The notes: a model not told the origin generated them from the letters alone. A stretch of 64,000 nucleotides of DNA from Candidatus Sumerlaeaceae bacterium (GCA_051003195.1 JBPCLP010000013.1:88366-152365), one strand, 5' to 3'. Positions 10,563-20,764 are shown, counted from the stretch's first letter. Program-made: numbers and translations.

Positions 10563-11042
10563 ATGGAAGAAACATTCTTCGAGATGCTGGAGCGCACCCA
10601 GGCGGTGGATCGGCTGCTGTTCTGGCTGGCCGTGCTTTCTCCACCGCTGATCGCCGCTGTGGCTGCATTGCTGCGGCACAAGCCGGCTGTCACCCGGCAC
10701 CGTCACCGGTGGGTACTCGCCTGCCTCGTCTGGCCCGCGGTGCTTGTTCTTTGGAAGGTGTACAATGCTGTTGTCGACCGTTTTGGCCTGGATAGCATCC
10801 TCGGGCTCTTTGTAAATGTTGGGGTCTTCGCTGCCGCGGCAATGCTCGCCACGGGCGTCCGCCTGGTTTTGCGGGCTGCTTTGCGCGACCATGGCCCTGT
10901 CGAATCCACCCCGATAGGGCAGGTGCAGACAGCTCCGGAATTCCGTCCATACAAACCCGCTTTCATCCCGCCGGACGCAGACCGCGAATATAGCACAAAA
11001 ATCGCATCCGGGGAAAACATTGCCCCGCAGGCGAAGGAGTAA
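10563..11042 (+). CDS. Hypothetical membrane protein (three TM helices)
   Basis: Three hydrophobic segments; first gene of a co-oriented run leading to folP. Confidence 0.7.
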   Translation: MEETFFEMLERTQAVDRLLFWLAVLSPPLIAAVAALLRHKPAVTRHRHRWVLACLVWPAVLVLWKVYNAVVDRFGLDSILGLFVNVGVFAAAAMLATGVRLVLRAALRDHGPVESTPIGQVQTAPEFRPYKPAFIPPDADREYSTKIASGENIAPQAKE

Positions 11043-11051
11043 CATTAGAAC

Positions 11052-12095
11052 ATGAAATGGAATCGTAAGCGCGTCGCTCTACCCTGGCTTTACGCAATCG
11101 CACTTCCAATCCTGCTGGTCGGTTCCATCGCAACGGCCGCAGAGCGCAGCGGAAGATTCGAGGATGTCGAGCTGCGAATCTCGCTCAGTCCTACCGAGAT
11201 CATGGTCGGCCAGCCGGTTGTCCTGCAACTCACGATGAGCAACAAAGCGACCGAAAGCGGCGGTATACCCGTTTTCTCTGCGCGTCTGCAATTGCCCGAA
11301 GGAAACGATCTCGACATTTTTGTGCAGGCGCCTGGCGAATCCGAAACGCGACTCGAAGGCGCGCTTGAATCCGGGCTGTATTCCGGAAGTGCCATCGAAG
11401 TGCCGCCGGGTAGAACCATCAAGCATGAGATGAACCTCATTTACGATAAAGCCCAGCCGAATGGATATATCTTCAGCAAGCCGGGCGAGTATATGATGCG
11501 GGCACAGGTTCGCTTTTCTCTCAGCACAAACCCCGAGCCGCGTAAGCTGGCGCTTTCAGGTGTGAAAATTACGGTGCGTGCGCCGGAGGGGCCTGCTGCG
11601 GAAGCCTGGAAATTGATCAACAATCCGGAGGCGGCCAGGGCGTTGCAACTGGGCAAACTACCCAATGACGATATCCGCCAGAAATTCGCCGAAGTGGGTG
11701 ATAAGTTCCCGACCACTCCTTACGGCAAAACATGTGCGCGTGTAGTGGCTGTCAGTACCGCGTTTGGTCCCAAGGCCGATATGAGGCAGGCGCTTCCGTT
11801 ACTGCTGAAATACGAGAAAACGTATCGTAAAGAAACCGACTCGGATCTGATCGCGTACACCATTGCAGGGGCCCACCATGTGCAACAGGAGTACGACCTC
11901 GCGCGCGAGTGGATGTACTACATGATCGACCAGTACCCGCAATCCACGCTGCTGCGCAAACAGGACCCTCTCTACAAATACTATTGCCTCGACCCCGCTG
12001 AGGCACTGCTGACCTTCCCATGGTACCTGACAGAGAAGCCGTGGATTGTCCCGGGCAGCAAGCCGCCTACCAGTTTGCGTCCCATACAGGATTGA
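11052..12095 (+). CDS. Secreted hypothetical protein (Ig-like N-terminus, helical TPR-like C-terminus)
   Basis: Signal peptide ending IATAA; stop overlaps the folP start (TGATG). Confidence 0.75.
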   Translation: MKWNRKRVALPWLYAIALPILLVGSIATAAERSGRFEDVELRISLSPTEIMVGQPVVLQLTMSNKATESGGIPVFSARLQLPEGNDLDIFVQAPGESETRLEGALESGLYSGSAIEVPPGRTIKHEMNLIYDKAQPNGYIFSKPGEYMMRAQVRFSLSTNPEPRKLALSGVKITVRAPEGPAAEAWKLINNPEAARALQLGKLPNDDIRQKFAEVGDKFPTTPYGKTCARVVAVSTAFGPKADMRQALPLLLKYEKTYRKETDSDLIAYTIAGAHHVQQEYDLAREWMYYMIDQYPQSTLLRKQDPLYKYYCLDPAEALLTFPWYLTEKPWIVPGSKPPTSLRPIQD

Positions 12096-12970
12096 TGACC
12101 ACCTCGCCTGGACCTGCCGGATCGCAGGTTTGGAGAGTGAGCGGCCGCGAATTCAACTTGAGCCGCCGCACTGCCGTGATGGGAATCGTAAATGTAACTC
12201 CCGACTCCTTCAGTGATGGCGGGCAATTAGGTAACGTCGCCCTCGCAACCGAAAGAGCGCTGCAGCTTCTAAGCGACGGTGCCGACATCATTGATATCGG
12301 CGGCGAAAGCACGCGACCCGGGCGACCCGAAACCGTCACCGTAACCGAGGAGCTGGATCGCGTACTTCCCGTCGTGGAAGCACTCCGTAGCCAGGCACCC
12401 GATGCGGTTATCTCGGTCGACACGTATAAAGGAGAAGTCGCAAAGCAGGTGCTCGCCGCCGGCGCACATATTATCAACGACATCACGTCACTGCGCCGCT
12501 CTCCCGAAATAGCCGGATATGTGCGCGATGCAGGGGCCGGGCTCATCCTTATGCACATGCTCGGTGAACCGGAAACCATGCAGCAGAATCCCACCTGCTG
12601 CGACGTGTTGGTCGATATCCGAAACTTTCTGCGGGAAAGAATCCAGTTCGCCACGGCAGAAGGTGTGCCCGAAACCGCAATAGCGGTCGATCCGGGTATC
12701 GGCTTTGGTAAAACGATTGACCACAACGTCGAGATTCTCGCCGGCCTGGAATACATGCGGCTCCTCCAGCGGCCGATCTGCATAGGCGCATCCCGCAAGG
12801 GATTCCTCGGCAAACTGACCGGCGATCTGCCTGTCGCCGATCGCGAGGAAGCAACCATTGCCGCCCATATGGCAGGTGTATTACATGGCGCTTCCATCAT
12901 CCGCACCCACGATGTGGCCAAAGCGCGTCGCTCGCTGGCAATCATTGACGCAATTAGATCTCGACTGTAA
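12095..12970 (+). CDS. folP: Dihydropteroate synthase
   Basis: MGIVNVTPDSFSDGG, DIGGESTRPG, DPGIGFGK, SRK and IIRTHDV. Confidence 0.97.
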   Translation: MTTSPGPAGSQVWRVSGREFNLSRRTAVMGIVNVTPDSFSDGGQLGNVALATERALQLLSDGADIIDIGGESTRPGRPETVTVTEELDRVLPVVEALRSQAPDAVISVDTYKGEVAKQVLAAGAHIINDITSLRRSPEIAGYVRDAGAGLILMHMLGEPETMQQNPTCCDVLVDIRNFLRERIQFATAEGVPETAIAVDPGIGFGKTIDHNVEILAGLEYMRLLQRPICIGASRKGFLGKLTGDLPVADREEATIAAHMAGVLHGASIIRTHDVAKARRSLAIIDAIRSRL

Positions 12971-12991
12971 CGGTGGGAAATTCCCGCTGGA

Positions 12992-14191
12992 TCAGGGCTG
13001 AGCCCCGGGCGACATGGCGGTGATCGACGTGCCGATGTCGCGCCGCAGGAAGCTTCCCGGGATCACGATGCCAGAGACGATTTCCGCCAGCGCGTAGTGG
13101 AGCTGATAGTAGTTGCTGGGGCGCAGAAAACCCGTAATGCGAATCTTCCCTGTCGGACGTCCGCTGTGTAGATGCGCAAGATTCAGCAGCCGGGATTCCT
13201 CCGCGGTCAGACCTGGAAATACAGTCTGTTGCGGAGCATGGGTTGGAGTATTAGCCGGTTCTCTTAACTCCCGGGGTATGGATGGGCTTGGGATTGGCAT
13301 TGCGATCGGTGCAGCAGGTGCGTTTCCCCCCGCCAGACCCGAATTCTCATAAGCAGGCGGGTAGGAGCGAAGCAGGAGCCTCCACTGCGAACGCGAATGT
13401 GAATGGATGGTCGCACTCGTGGCTTTAGTGTTCCTGTAGCGCGCGTACACCTGCGAGCCGATAAGATGGTCGTCCTCCTCGCGGTGACCGTGTGCCGGAT
13501 ACCCGCTCGGATGTGATCCCAGGTGACCGTGCGCAAAGACGGTCAATGCGCTCCCGGTCGAGACCGTTTCCGGGCCGACACTCAACAAAACGCGCTTTCC
13601 CACCACCTCGGTCACTTCGGCAAAATAGAGTTGCAGCGCAGCCAGGATTTCTGGTGCAGCGCGGTGTCCCAGAAGTTCTGGTCTTGTGGCAGGACCCTGC
13701 ATTTCAAATCCCGCGATTCGATGATTGAGGATGAAATCCCAAAGTTCGAGCCTGGCATGAAGAAGAGGCGAAACTCCATTCGATGTAGCCGCATCCTCAT
13801 GCCGGAGCTCTCCCACTATGGCATAGGTGATCATTTCATGCATGTTGAGCAAACTAACCCACGAAGTGCTGTAATCGCCGGTCCATGTAGGGCCCGCAGT
13901 TCCCAGGCATGCCAGCGCGGATGATGTAGCCGCTTCCCGGGTGAGCATCTCGATTCCCCAGACGTCGTGGGCTTTCATCAGCCGATCAATTTCCAGGTGG
14001 AGCGCGTCGGCAAGGCCGGCAGCGGCCGTGGGCAGGCTGGACGAATTCGCTTCAGTCGTTTGGGACGTTGCAGGATCGAATACCGTCAGGAGCGCAACCC
14101 CGGCGCCCGCCCACGTGGATTGCGACCCCATGGCGCAGAGCAGCAAAAAAAGAACCTCGAGCAAATTGCAGCGGCGGCCGTTATGGAACAC
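12992..14191 (-). CDS. Secreted hypothetical protein
   Basis: 399-aa ORF with a signal-peptide-like N-terminus; overlaps the end of the upstream gene. Confidence 0.6.
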   Translation of the reverse strand: MFHNGRRCNLLEVLFLLLCAMGSQSTWAGAGVALLTVFDPATSQTTEANSSSLPTAAAGLADALHLEIDRLMKAHDVWGIEMLTREAATSSALACLGTAGPTWTGDYSTSWVSLLNMHEMITYAIVGELRHEDAATSNGVSPLLHARLELWDFILNHRIAGFEMQGPATRPELLGHRAAPEILAALQLYFAEVTEVVGKRVLLSVGPETVSTGSALTVFAHGHLGSHPSGYPAHGHREEDDHLIGSQVYARYRNTKATSATIHSHSRSQWRLLLRSYPPAYENSGLAGGNAPAAPIAMPIPSPSIPRELREPANTPTHAPQQTVFPGLTAEESRLLNLAHLHSGRPTGKIRITGFLRPSNYYQLHYALAEIVSGIVIPGSFLRRDIGTSITAMSPGAQP

Positions 14192-15092
14192 GAAGTTTCA
14201 CCTCAGAAGGAGCGGTCAATGTCACTGGCTTTCCATCCAGTTCCAAATAGGTCTTTCCAGCTTCCGCTGTTCTGCCAACGGACAGCGGCTCCAGGTACGT
14301 GGCTCCTTTGTTCTTGGCGCGAAAAACAATCGTGCCGAATACAGCTTTCGATGAGGCTGCACCTGAGGCATGTTTCACGCGCAGACGCAGCGTAGCGTGT
14401 GAGGGCCCGCGCGGGCGAACCTGCTCGTCCACAAGCTTTGTTCCACTGGTAAGCTCAAACCGCTCGTACTGAAGCATTGAGGGATCATACCCAACTGCTA
14501 TGCCGAGCACCCGCGTCACGGCTTCCGCGCTGCTTAACTGCACACGTACTCCAAGCTCGCTTCCCGCAGAGGATGCTGGCGGATCCAGTAGCAGGCGGGC
14601 TGCGCCGTGCAGCGTTGCGTCGGGTTCCAGGAACACGGTAATCTTCTCACGCACCAGCCGAATGTACTCGGCAAGTTCTTGCCATCGTTGTTCTGCTTGC
14701 AGCATCTGCTCCGTTGAGAGGTAGCTTTTGCCGGTCTCACCGTAGTAGCCTTGTGCCGGGTCGATCTTTTTGATATAAATACGGCCTCCAGCATCGATGA
14801 AGAGAGTCTCTTCGCCCTTTTTGGCGACATATTCGTCCTCGATCTCCGAAAGCCGAATGCCCCAGTACTCCTCCATTTCCGGGGTGAACTCCGCGCGCGG
14901 AATGCGCCTTTCATTCGGCTGAAGGGGATTGGCATCAGGCATCTCGCCAACCGGCGCGGAGAGCGGCCCGGTGGTCGCAGATTGGGCGCGGGCAATGGCC
15001 GGAGCAATGAAAAATGCCGCAATCATCAACGCCATGACGGCAAGGCTTCCTCGTGATGACGTCATATATTCGCGATCGGGCGTGTTAACCAC
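14181..15092 (-). CDS. Secreted protein with C-terminal cohesin-like beta-sandwich
   Basis: Signal peptide ending IARA; C-terminal pattern ELGVRVQL...IAVGYDPSMLQY...GTIVFRAKNKGATYL. Confidence 0.65.
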   Translation of the reverse strand: MVNTPDREYMTSSRGSLAVMALMIAAFFIAPAIARAQSATTGPLSAPVGEMPDANPLQPNERRIPRAEFTPEMEEYWGIRLSEIEDEYVAKKGEETLFIDAGGRIYIKKIDPAQGYYGETGKSYLSTEQMLQAEQRWQELAEYIRLVREKITVFLEPDATLHGAARLLLDPPASSAGSELGVRVQLSSAEAVTRVLGIAVGYDPSMLQYERFELTSGTKLVDEQVRPRGPSHATLRLRVKHASGAASSKAVFGTIVFRAKNKGATYLEPLSVGRTAEAGKTYLELDGKPVTLTAPSEVKLRVP

Positions 15093-15099
15093 AATACAG

Positions 15100-15129
15100 A
15101 AAAAGGAGCGGGGTTTATGCCCCGCTCCT
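15100..15129 (-). terminator. Rho-independent terminator
   Basis: GGAGCGGGG/CCCCGCTCC stem followed by TTTTT on the minus strand, 50 bp after the stop at 15180. Confidence 0.8.
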
Positions 15130-15179
15130 GTGAAACAGGTGGATCACCCGCCCATTGATTCGCTTGAACGGGAACCGGC

Positions 15180-16451
15180 CTATCTGGAAATCGAAGCGGA
15201 AGTTACGACGTTTGCTGCCGCGTCATAGCTCATGTTGGTACCCGTGATATTTTTAACGGTAAACGTCACGGTTCCTGATTTATTTGTAGAGCCGGTCGAG
15301 GTGATCGTTGCGTTGCCGGCAGCGTCCGTAGTCGCGGCAACTCCAGCATTGTTGATTAGGCCTGTAAAGTCGCCGGTCACCGTGGCGCCACTCACTGCTG
15401 CGCCAGCCGCGTCCACCACTTTGACCACTGATCTGGCTTTGAACTTCTGACCACTCGCCACCCAGCTCATGGTGATGCTGTTGACGTGCGTCACAATGCT
15501 CGGCGCTGGAGTTGGTGTAGGAGTCGGCGTTGGTGTGGGAGTCGGGGTCGGTGTTGGCGTCGGAGCCGGGCCACCCGCAATCTGGTACTGATTACCGTTG
15601 ATGCTGTATTGGGATCCGCCGTCTGTCACCAACTCGACGTAAGGTCCGCCGGAAGCGTGATTGATCGTGTCATAACGCGCGGAACCACTCGCATTTAGCC
15701 GCGAGACAGCGTAACTGCCTGGGTGACCATACGAGTTGCCGACTCCATAACTGAAGGTATGCGTTTGCGGCTTCACAACGGTCAGCCAGCCGTCCTGTGA
15801 ACTACTGTTACTGCCATGGTGGTTCACCTTGTAATGGTCGACATCGCCAATGTTGCCGGCGAGATTGACTTCATAGCTGGAGCCAAGATCGCCGCACAGA
15901 GAGGACTTAAAATTTCCAAACTCGAGGCGGTACAGCACACCGTTATTGTTTTCATCGCTTTCGCCTGCGGTTGGATGACCGCAGTAAACCATCGTGCAAT
16001 TGGTGCCCAGCGAGAACGTCTCAGCGAATTTACGCTTGTTCAGGCCAGCCGTGCCAAAGTATGCATCGTATTGAGAAAAAGCCGTAATGCTGCGTGCGCC
16101 GCCGCGGTCATACGCCTGAATCAGCCCGCCCGGGAACTGCTGGGCGAACGTCTCCATTGACTCAAGGTGATCCTGGTGCAGGTGCGAGTTGACGGTGTAG
16201 TCGAGCGTGTTATCCGTAAGGCCCGCGGCGATTGCATCGTTCATCGCCTCGACGATCGGAGTTGGGGTGTTGGACGGGCCGCCGTCTACCAGGCAGGATA
16301 AACCCTGCGGCCCGATGATGAGTGTGGAATCTCCTTGTCCGATATCGACAAAGTAGATGTGGAGTTTGCCATCGCCAAGGGCGAAGGCTGAGTGTGTGGA
16401 GCCAAGGCAGAACATGATTGCTGCAAACGCAGCCATACGGGAAAAGAACAT
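15180..16451 (-). CDS. Secreted ComEC/Rec2-type metallo-beta-lactamase-fold hydrolase with (PT)9 linker and C-terminal Ig-like domain
   Basis: DIGQGDS, SHLHQDH, ENNN, GD, HHGS and NSYGHP motifs; signal peptide. Confidence 0.88.
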   Translation of the reverse strand: MFFSRMAAFAAIMFCLGSTHSAFALGDGKLHIYFVDIGQGDSTLIIGPQGLSCLVDGGPSNTPTPIVEAMNDAIAAGLTDNTLDYTVNSHLHQDHLESMETFAQQFPGGLIQAYDRGGARSITAFSQYDAYFGTAGLNKRKFAETFSLGTNCTMVYCGHPTAGESDENNNGVLYRLEFGNFKSSLCGDLGSSYEVNLAGNIGDVDHYKVNHHGSNSSSQDGWLTVVKPQTHTFSYGVGNSYGHPGSYAVSRLNASGSARYDTINHASGGPYVELVTDGGSQYSINGNQYQIAGGPAPTPTPTPTPTPTPTPTPTPAPSIVTHVNSITMSWVASGQKFKARSVVKVVDAAGAAVSGATVTGDFTGLINNAGVAATTDAAGNATITSTGSTNKSGTVTFTVKNITGTNMSYDAAANVVTSASISR

Positions 16452-16509
16452 CGCCTAAACTCACTTTTTATGAAATGCGCTGAGAGGCAAAGCTGGTATA
16501 CAAAGGCAG

Positions 16510-16537
16510 AAACTAGGGGGATAAGGCATATTGTCAA
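16510..16537 (-). promoter_or_regulatory. Possible sigma70 promoter for the MBL gene
   Basis: Minus strand TTGACA, 16 nt, TAGTTT in the divergent intergenic region. Confidence 0.35.
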
Positions 16538-16567
16538 TTGCGCATTTCACTGCGCGACCTCTGTAGC

Positions 16568-17929
16568 ATGGTCACCATGAGTGTGAAATCCGGCCAGAAA
16601 CTTTCAATCCTCCAGGCAATTAAAGGCATGGAGGACCTGCTGCCGACCGAGGCCGCTAAATATGATTACGTCGAGTCGACAGCACGCAACCTGTTCCCGC
16701 TCTACGGTTATGGCGAAATTCGTACTCCGATTCTTGAATCGACCGAGCTGTTTGCGCGCAGCGTGGGGGACGCAAGCGATGTGGTGGTCAGCAAGCAAAT
16801 GTATACCTTTGTCGATGCCGGCGAGCGGAGTAATACGATGCGACCGGAAGGCACGGCAGGCGTCGTACGTGCGCTCATTGAGCATGGCACACTAAAGGAG
16901 CAGCCGCAACAGAAGCTGTTTTATATCGGACCCATGTTTCGATATGAGAAACCACAGAAGGGCCGACTGCGTCAGTTCCACCAGATCGGCACGGAGTTTT
17001 TCGGTGTGGCGCACCCCGGGGCTGACGTTGAGATAATTGCTTTGTGCGACACGTATCTTCGCAAACTCGGGTTCCGGAATATTGTGACGAAGGTAAACAA
17101 CATCGGCTGCCGCGAATGCCGAAAGGCGTATAACGCAATGCTGCGCGAGACAATCCAGAGTAGCGCAAGCGTCCCGCCTGCGGCGTCTACATCCAATGCC
17201 GCGCTTGCACAGTCCCACGCAGCTACTGCCGCGCCTTCGTCCCGCTCAGCCCAAAACCAATGGTGCGAACAATGCCTCGAACGCGCACGTGTGAACCCAA
17301 TGCGTGTCTTTGATTGCAAGGTCGCCCGATGCAACCAGCTTGTCGCGGCGCTCCCGCGCATGAAAGATTACCTTTGTGAGGCATGCCGCACCCATTTTGC
17401 CGGTGTAGTACGGCTGCTCGATGCCGCAAAAATTCCGTACGAGCTCGATGAGAGCCTGGTACGCGGCTTCGACTATTACACGCGCACCGTATTCGAAGTA
17501 ATGCAGGGCAACATCGGCGCGCAGAGCGCCATCCTCGGTGGTGGACGCTACGATTACCTGGTCGAAGAACTCGGCGGCCCCCCCACGCCCGGCGTGGGCT
17601 TCGGTATTGGCATCGAGCGGCTGCTGCTTGCCATGGAAGCAAACGGCCTCACTTTCCCGGCCCTTGCCGCTCCTGAAATCTACGCTTTGGCTCTCGACGA
17701 GGAATCGATTCCAGCCATATTCGCCTACGTACAGCGCGCACGCGAAGGAGGCAAGCGGGTCGCCTTCGACTGTCAGCCCCGCAGTGCCAAAGCCGGATTG
17801 AAGGCCGCCAACCGTGTTGGCGCGCAGGTGGCGGTCATCGTCGGCAGCGACGAGGTTATCCGCGGCGTTGCGCAGCGCAAGAATCTCTCGACAGGCGAAC
17901 AGACCGAAGTTCCCCTCGCTGAACTCTGA
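16568..17929 (+). CDS. hisS: Histidine--tRNA ligase
   Basis: RPEGTAG, FRYEKPQKGRLRQFHQ, LVRGFDYY, GGGRYD and GFGIGIER. Confidence 0.97.
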   Translation: MVTMSVKSGQKLSILQAIKGMEDLLPTEAAKYDYVESTARNLFPLYGYGEIRTPILESTELFARSVGDASDVVVSKQMYTFVDAGERSNTMRPEGTAGVVRALIEHGTLKEQPQQKLFYIGPMFRYEKPQKGRLRQFHQIGTEFFGVAHPGADVEIIALCDTYLRKLGFRNIVTKVNNIGCRECRKAYNAMLRETIQSSASVPPAASTSNAALAQSHAATAAPSSRSAQNQWCEQCLERARVNPMRVFDCKVARCNQLVAALPRMKDYLCEACRTHFAGVVRLLDAAKIPYELDESLVRGFDYYTRTVFEVMQGNIGAQSAILGGGRYDYLVEELGGPPTPGVGFGIGIERLLLAMEANGLTFPALAAPEIYALALDEESIPAIFAYVQRAREGGKRVAFDCQPRSAKAGLKAANRVGAQVAVIVGSDEVIRGVAQRKNLSTGEQTEVPLAEL

Positions 17930-17940
17930 AGTAGAAAACC

Positions 17941-17965
17941 GGTTCGGAGTACAGGCTTTAGCCTG
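17941..17965 (+). repeat. Short REP-like palindrome between hisS and aspS
   Basis: GGTTCGGAGTA followed by the hairpin CAGGCT-TT-AGCCTG. Confidence 0.4.
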
Positions 17966-18030
17966 GGCCGGCGCTGATTTCCGGCAACGCAGTAGCACAG
18001 CGGCAAAGGGCGATATCGAAAGGCAGAATA

Positions 18031-19908
18031 TTGGCAGCAACAACAGAGCAGGACAAGGCGAGCACCGCACTAACCGATGCGCAGCGCACATGCTATTGCG
18101 GCGAGTTGCGCAGCACCGATTCGGGCAGGGAAGTGGTGCTGAAAGGCTGGGTGCACCGCCGTCGCGATCACGGAGGCGTCATCTTCGTCGACCTGCGAGA
18201 TCGCACGGGCCTGTGTCAGGTCGTCATCAGTCCCGAGTCGCTGCCCACTGACGTCTTCGCTACAGCGCACGCCTTACGCGACGAGTTCGTGCTGGCTATC
18301 CGCGGCAACGTCCGCCCGCGCCCCGAAGGAACGGTTAATCCAAACCTGCCCACAGGCCAGATCGAAGTGAACACCGCCGAATTCGAAATTCTGAACACTT
18401 GCCAGACGCTGCCGTTCCGGCTGGACGAGTACACGCACGTCAACGAAGACGCGCGGCTGAAGTACAGGTTTCTCGATCTGCGTCGGCCCGAGATGCAGCG
18501 CAATTTCATCATGCGTCACAAGATGTACCAGGTGGTGCGGCAATTTCTCAGCGACCAGGGGTTCCTGGAATTCACAACACCAATCCTGACCAAAAGCACA
18601 CCCGAAGGCGCGCGAGATTTTCTCGTGCCGTCACGCATGAGCCCGGGTGCGTTTTTCGCCCTGCCGCAGTCGCCACAATTGTTCAAGCAATTGCTGATGG
18701 TCGCAGGCTACGACCGCTATTTCCAGATCGCGACCTGCTTTCGCGATGAGGACCTGCGCGCGAATCGTCAGCCGGAGTTCACGCAGATCGACATCGAGGC
18801 AAGCTTCATCACCCCGGACGAAATCTACGCGATTATGGAAGGCCTCATCGCGATGGTTTGGCGCGAATGCATCGGCGTCGAAGTCCCCACGCCCTTCCAG
18901 CAAATCGGCTATGCTGAGGCCATGCTGAAGTATGGCAGCGACAAACCGGATCTGCGCTTCGAGCTCGAAATTGTCGACGTCACCGGGTTTCTTGGCGCAA
19001 CTCAGATCAAGGTGTTCAACCAAATCGCCACCGAACGCGGTCGTATACGCGCCTTGCGTGTGCCGGGCGGAGCTTCACTTTCCCGCAAGCAGATCGACGA
19101 CTACACCGCGTTTGTGGGCATCTATGGCGCACGCGGCCTCGCGTGGTTCAAGGTGCAGGAAGACGGAACACTGCAAAGTCCGCTTACTAAGAACATGACC
19201 GAAGCCGAGATCGAAGGCCTGAAACGCAACACCGGCGCCGCGCCTGGCGATATCATCTTCGTTGTCGCCGCCCGTGAGAAGATCGTTTGCGACTCTCTTG
19301 GCCAGCTTCGCCTCAAAATCGCGCAGGACACAAACCTTATCCCCGAGAACAGCTATTCGTTCGTCTGGGTCGTCGACTTCCCGCTGTTCGAATATGCTGA
19401 GCGTGAGAAGATTTTCACACCCAGCCATCATCCTTTCACTGCGCCGGCTGCAGACGATATTCCACTCCTCGACGAGTACATTGCCGATCCCGCCAAATCC
19501 AATGCCGGGCATCCCGACGACAACCCTCTTAAGTGTGTCCGTGCTCTTGCCTATGACCTTGCAATCAACGGCGAAGAAGCTGGCGGCGGCTCGATTCGTA
19601 TCCACCGCAAGGACATCCAGGACCGCGTCTTCCGTACGATCAACATCGCAGAGGAAGAAGCCCGCGCGAAATTTGGCTTCCTGCTCGATGCGCTCAGCTA
19701 CGGTGCCCCACCGCACGGTGGCCTCGCGTTCGGCGTAGATCGCATGCTTATGCTTCTTCTCGGCGAAACCAGCATCCGCGAAGTAATCGCGTTCCCGAAA
19801 ACGCAAAGTTGTGGCGATCTCATGGTCGATGCACCGAGCGCCGTAGATGAGACTCAATTGCAGGAATTGCACATCCGAACCGAGCTTCCGCCACCCGCCA
19901 AAGCATAG
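18031..19908 (+). CDS. aspS: Aspartate--tRNA ligase, probably non-discriminating (Asp/Asn)
   Basis: RRRDHGG, RLKYRFLDLRR, STPEGARDFLVPSR, FRDEDLRANRQPEFTQ and GAPPHGG. Confidence 0.97.
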   Translation: MAATTEQDKASTALTDAQRTCYCGELRSTDSGREVVLKGWVHRRRDHGGVIFVDLRDRTGLCQVVISPESLPTDVFATAHALRDEFVLAIRGNVRPRPEGTVNPNLPTGQIEVNTAEFEILNTCQTLPFRLDEYTHVNEDARLKYRFLDLRRPEMQRNFIMRHKMYQVVRQFLSDQGFLEFTTPILTKSTPEGARDFLVPSRMSPGAFFALPQSPQLFKQLLMVAGYDRYFQIATCFRDEDLRANRQPEFTQIDIEASFITPDEIYAIMEGLIAMVWRECIGVEVPTPFQQIGYAEAMLKYGSDKPDLRFELEIVDVTGFLGATQIKVFNQIATERGRIRALRVPGGASLSRKQIDDYTAFVGIYGARGLAWFKVQEDGTLQSPLTKNMTEAEIEGLKRNTGAAPGDIIFVVAAREKIVCDSLGQLRLKIAQDTNLIPENSYSFVWVVDFPLFEYAEREKIFTPSHHPFTAPAADDIPLLDEYIADPAKSNAGHPDDNPLKCVRALAYDLAINGEEAGGGSIRIHRKDIQDRVFRTINIAEEEARAKFGFLLDALSYGAPPHGGLAFGVDRMLMLLLGETSIREVIAFPKTQSCGDLMVDAPSAVDETQLQELHIRTELPPPAKA

Positions 19909-19924
19909 GAAACCCTACACAAAT

Positions 19925-20764
19925 ATGGATCCATACTTTTCTACCCGGAAGACCCCAACCGCAGTCGCAGGACCAACCCAGCCTTTGCTGTTCGTCCTGC
20001 TTTCTCTGCTTTTATTATGTGCCTGCGCCGAGAAAGAAGATGAACCCGCTTACTCCCGAATTCAGGGACTGACCACTCCGTCGACTGCCCCGGCAATTGG
20101 CCAGCCGACCGCAACGTCACCTGCATCAATTGGTCAGGTGAATACCGCACATCTCGCTCCCGGCAAACCCGCCGACCCGAGCACCACCGAAGCTCAACCC
20201 CTGGATTCCGCAACTCCGGCGATGCCAGGCGGCATTCCGCAAGCCCCAGAGACCAAGGTCCTTATCGGTGGCAATAAGCTGCAGGTCGCCGGAATTGCTT
20301 TCACGGTTCCGGAGGGCTGGAAATCCGTGAAACCCGCATCGGGTTTCCGTGTCGCCCAATACGAGTTAGCCGGCAAAAGCGGATTTGCGGAGCTCGCCGT
20401 ATTTTATTTTGGCCCGGGTCAGGGCGGGTCCGTCGAAGATAACGTAAAGCGCTGGGCCGGACAGTTCAAGAGCGACGACCCGACCACCACGACCGTTCCC
20501 GTTGATGTAGCGCAGGTTTCAAATGGCGACCTCTCCCTGGCTTTAGTGCGGACGTCGGGAACCTTTGATCCCGGCAGCATGGGTCCCGCCATGGGAGCGC
20601 CCGCTGCCCCTAAACCGAAATACGGACTGCTTGGTCTGGTTGTGGTCGGCGGACCCGAGGGACCTGTGTTTATCAAAGCGACTGGCCCGAAAGGAACGGT
20701 CGACGAGCAGGCTCAGAACTTTGAAACGTTTGCTCGCAGTTCGAAAAAGAGTAGTTATAAGTAG
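19925..20764 (+). CDS. Hypothetical lipoprotein
   Basis: Lipobox-like LLLCAC, Pro/Thr linker, then a domain with GGSVEDNVKRWAGQF. Confidence 0.75.
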   Translation: MDPYFSTRKTPTAVAGPTQPLLFVLLSLLLLCACAEKEDEPAYSRIQGLTTPSTAPAIGQPTATSPASIGQVNTAHLAPGKPADPSTTEAQPLDSATPAMPGGIPQAPETKVLIGGNKLQVAGIAFTVPEGWKSVKPASGFRVAQYELAGKSGFAELAVFYFGPGQGGSVEDNVKRWAGQFKSDDPTTTTVPVDVAQVSNGDLSLALVRTSGTFDPGSMGPAMGAPAAPKPKYGLLGLVVVGGPEGPVFIKATGPKGTVDEQAQNFETFARSSKKSSYK

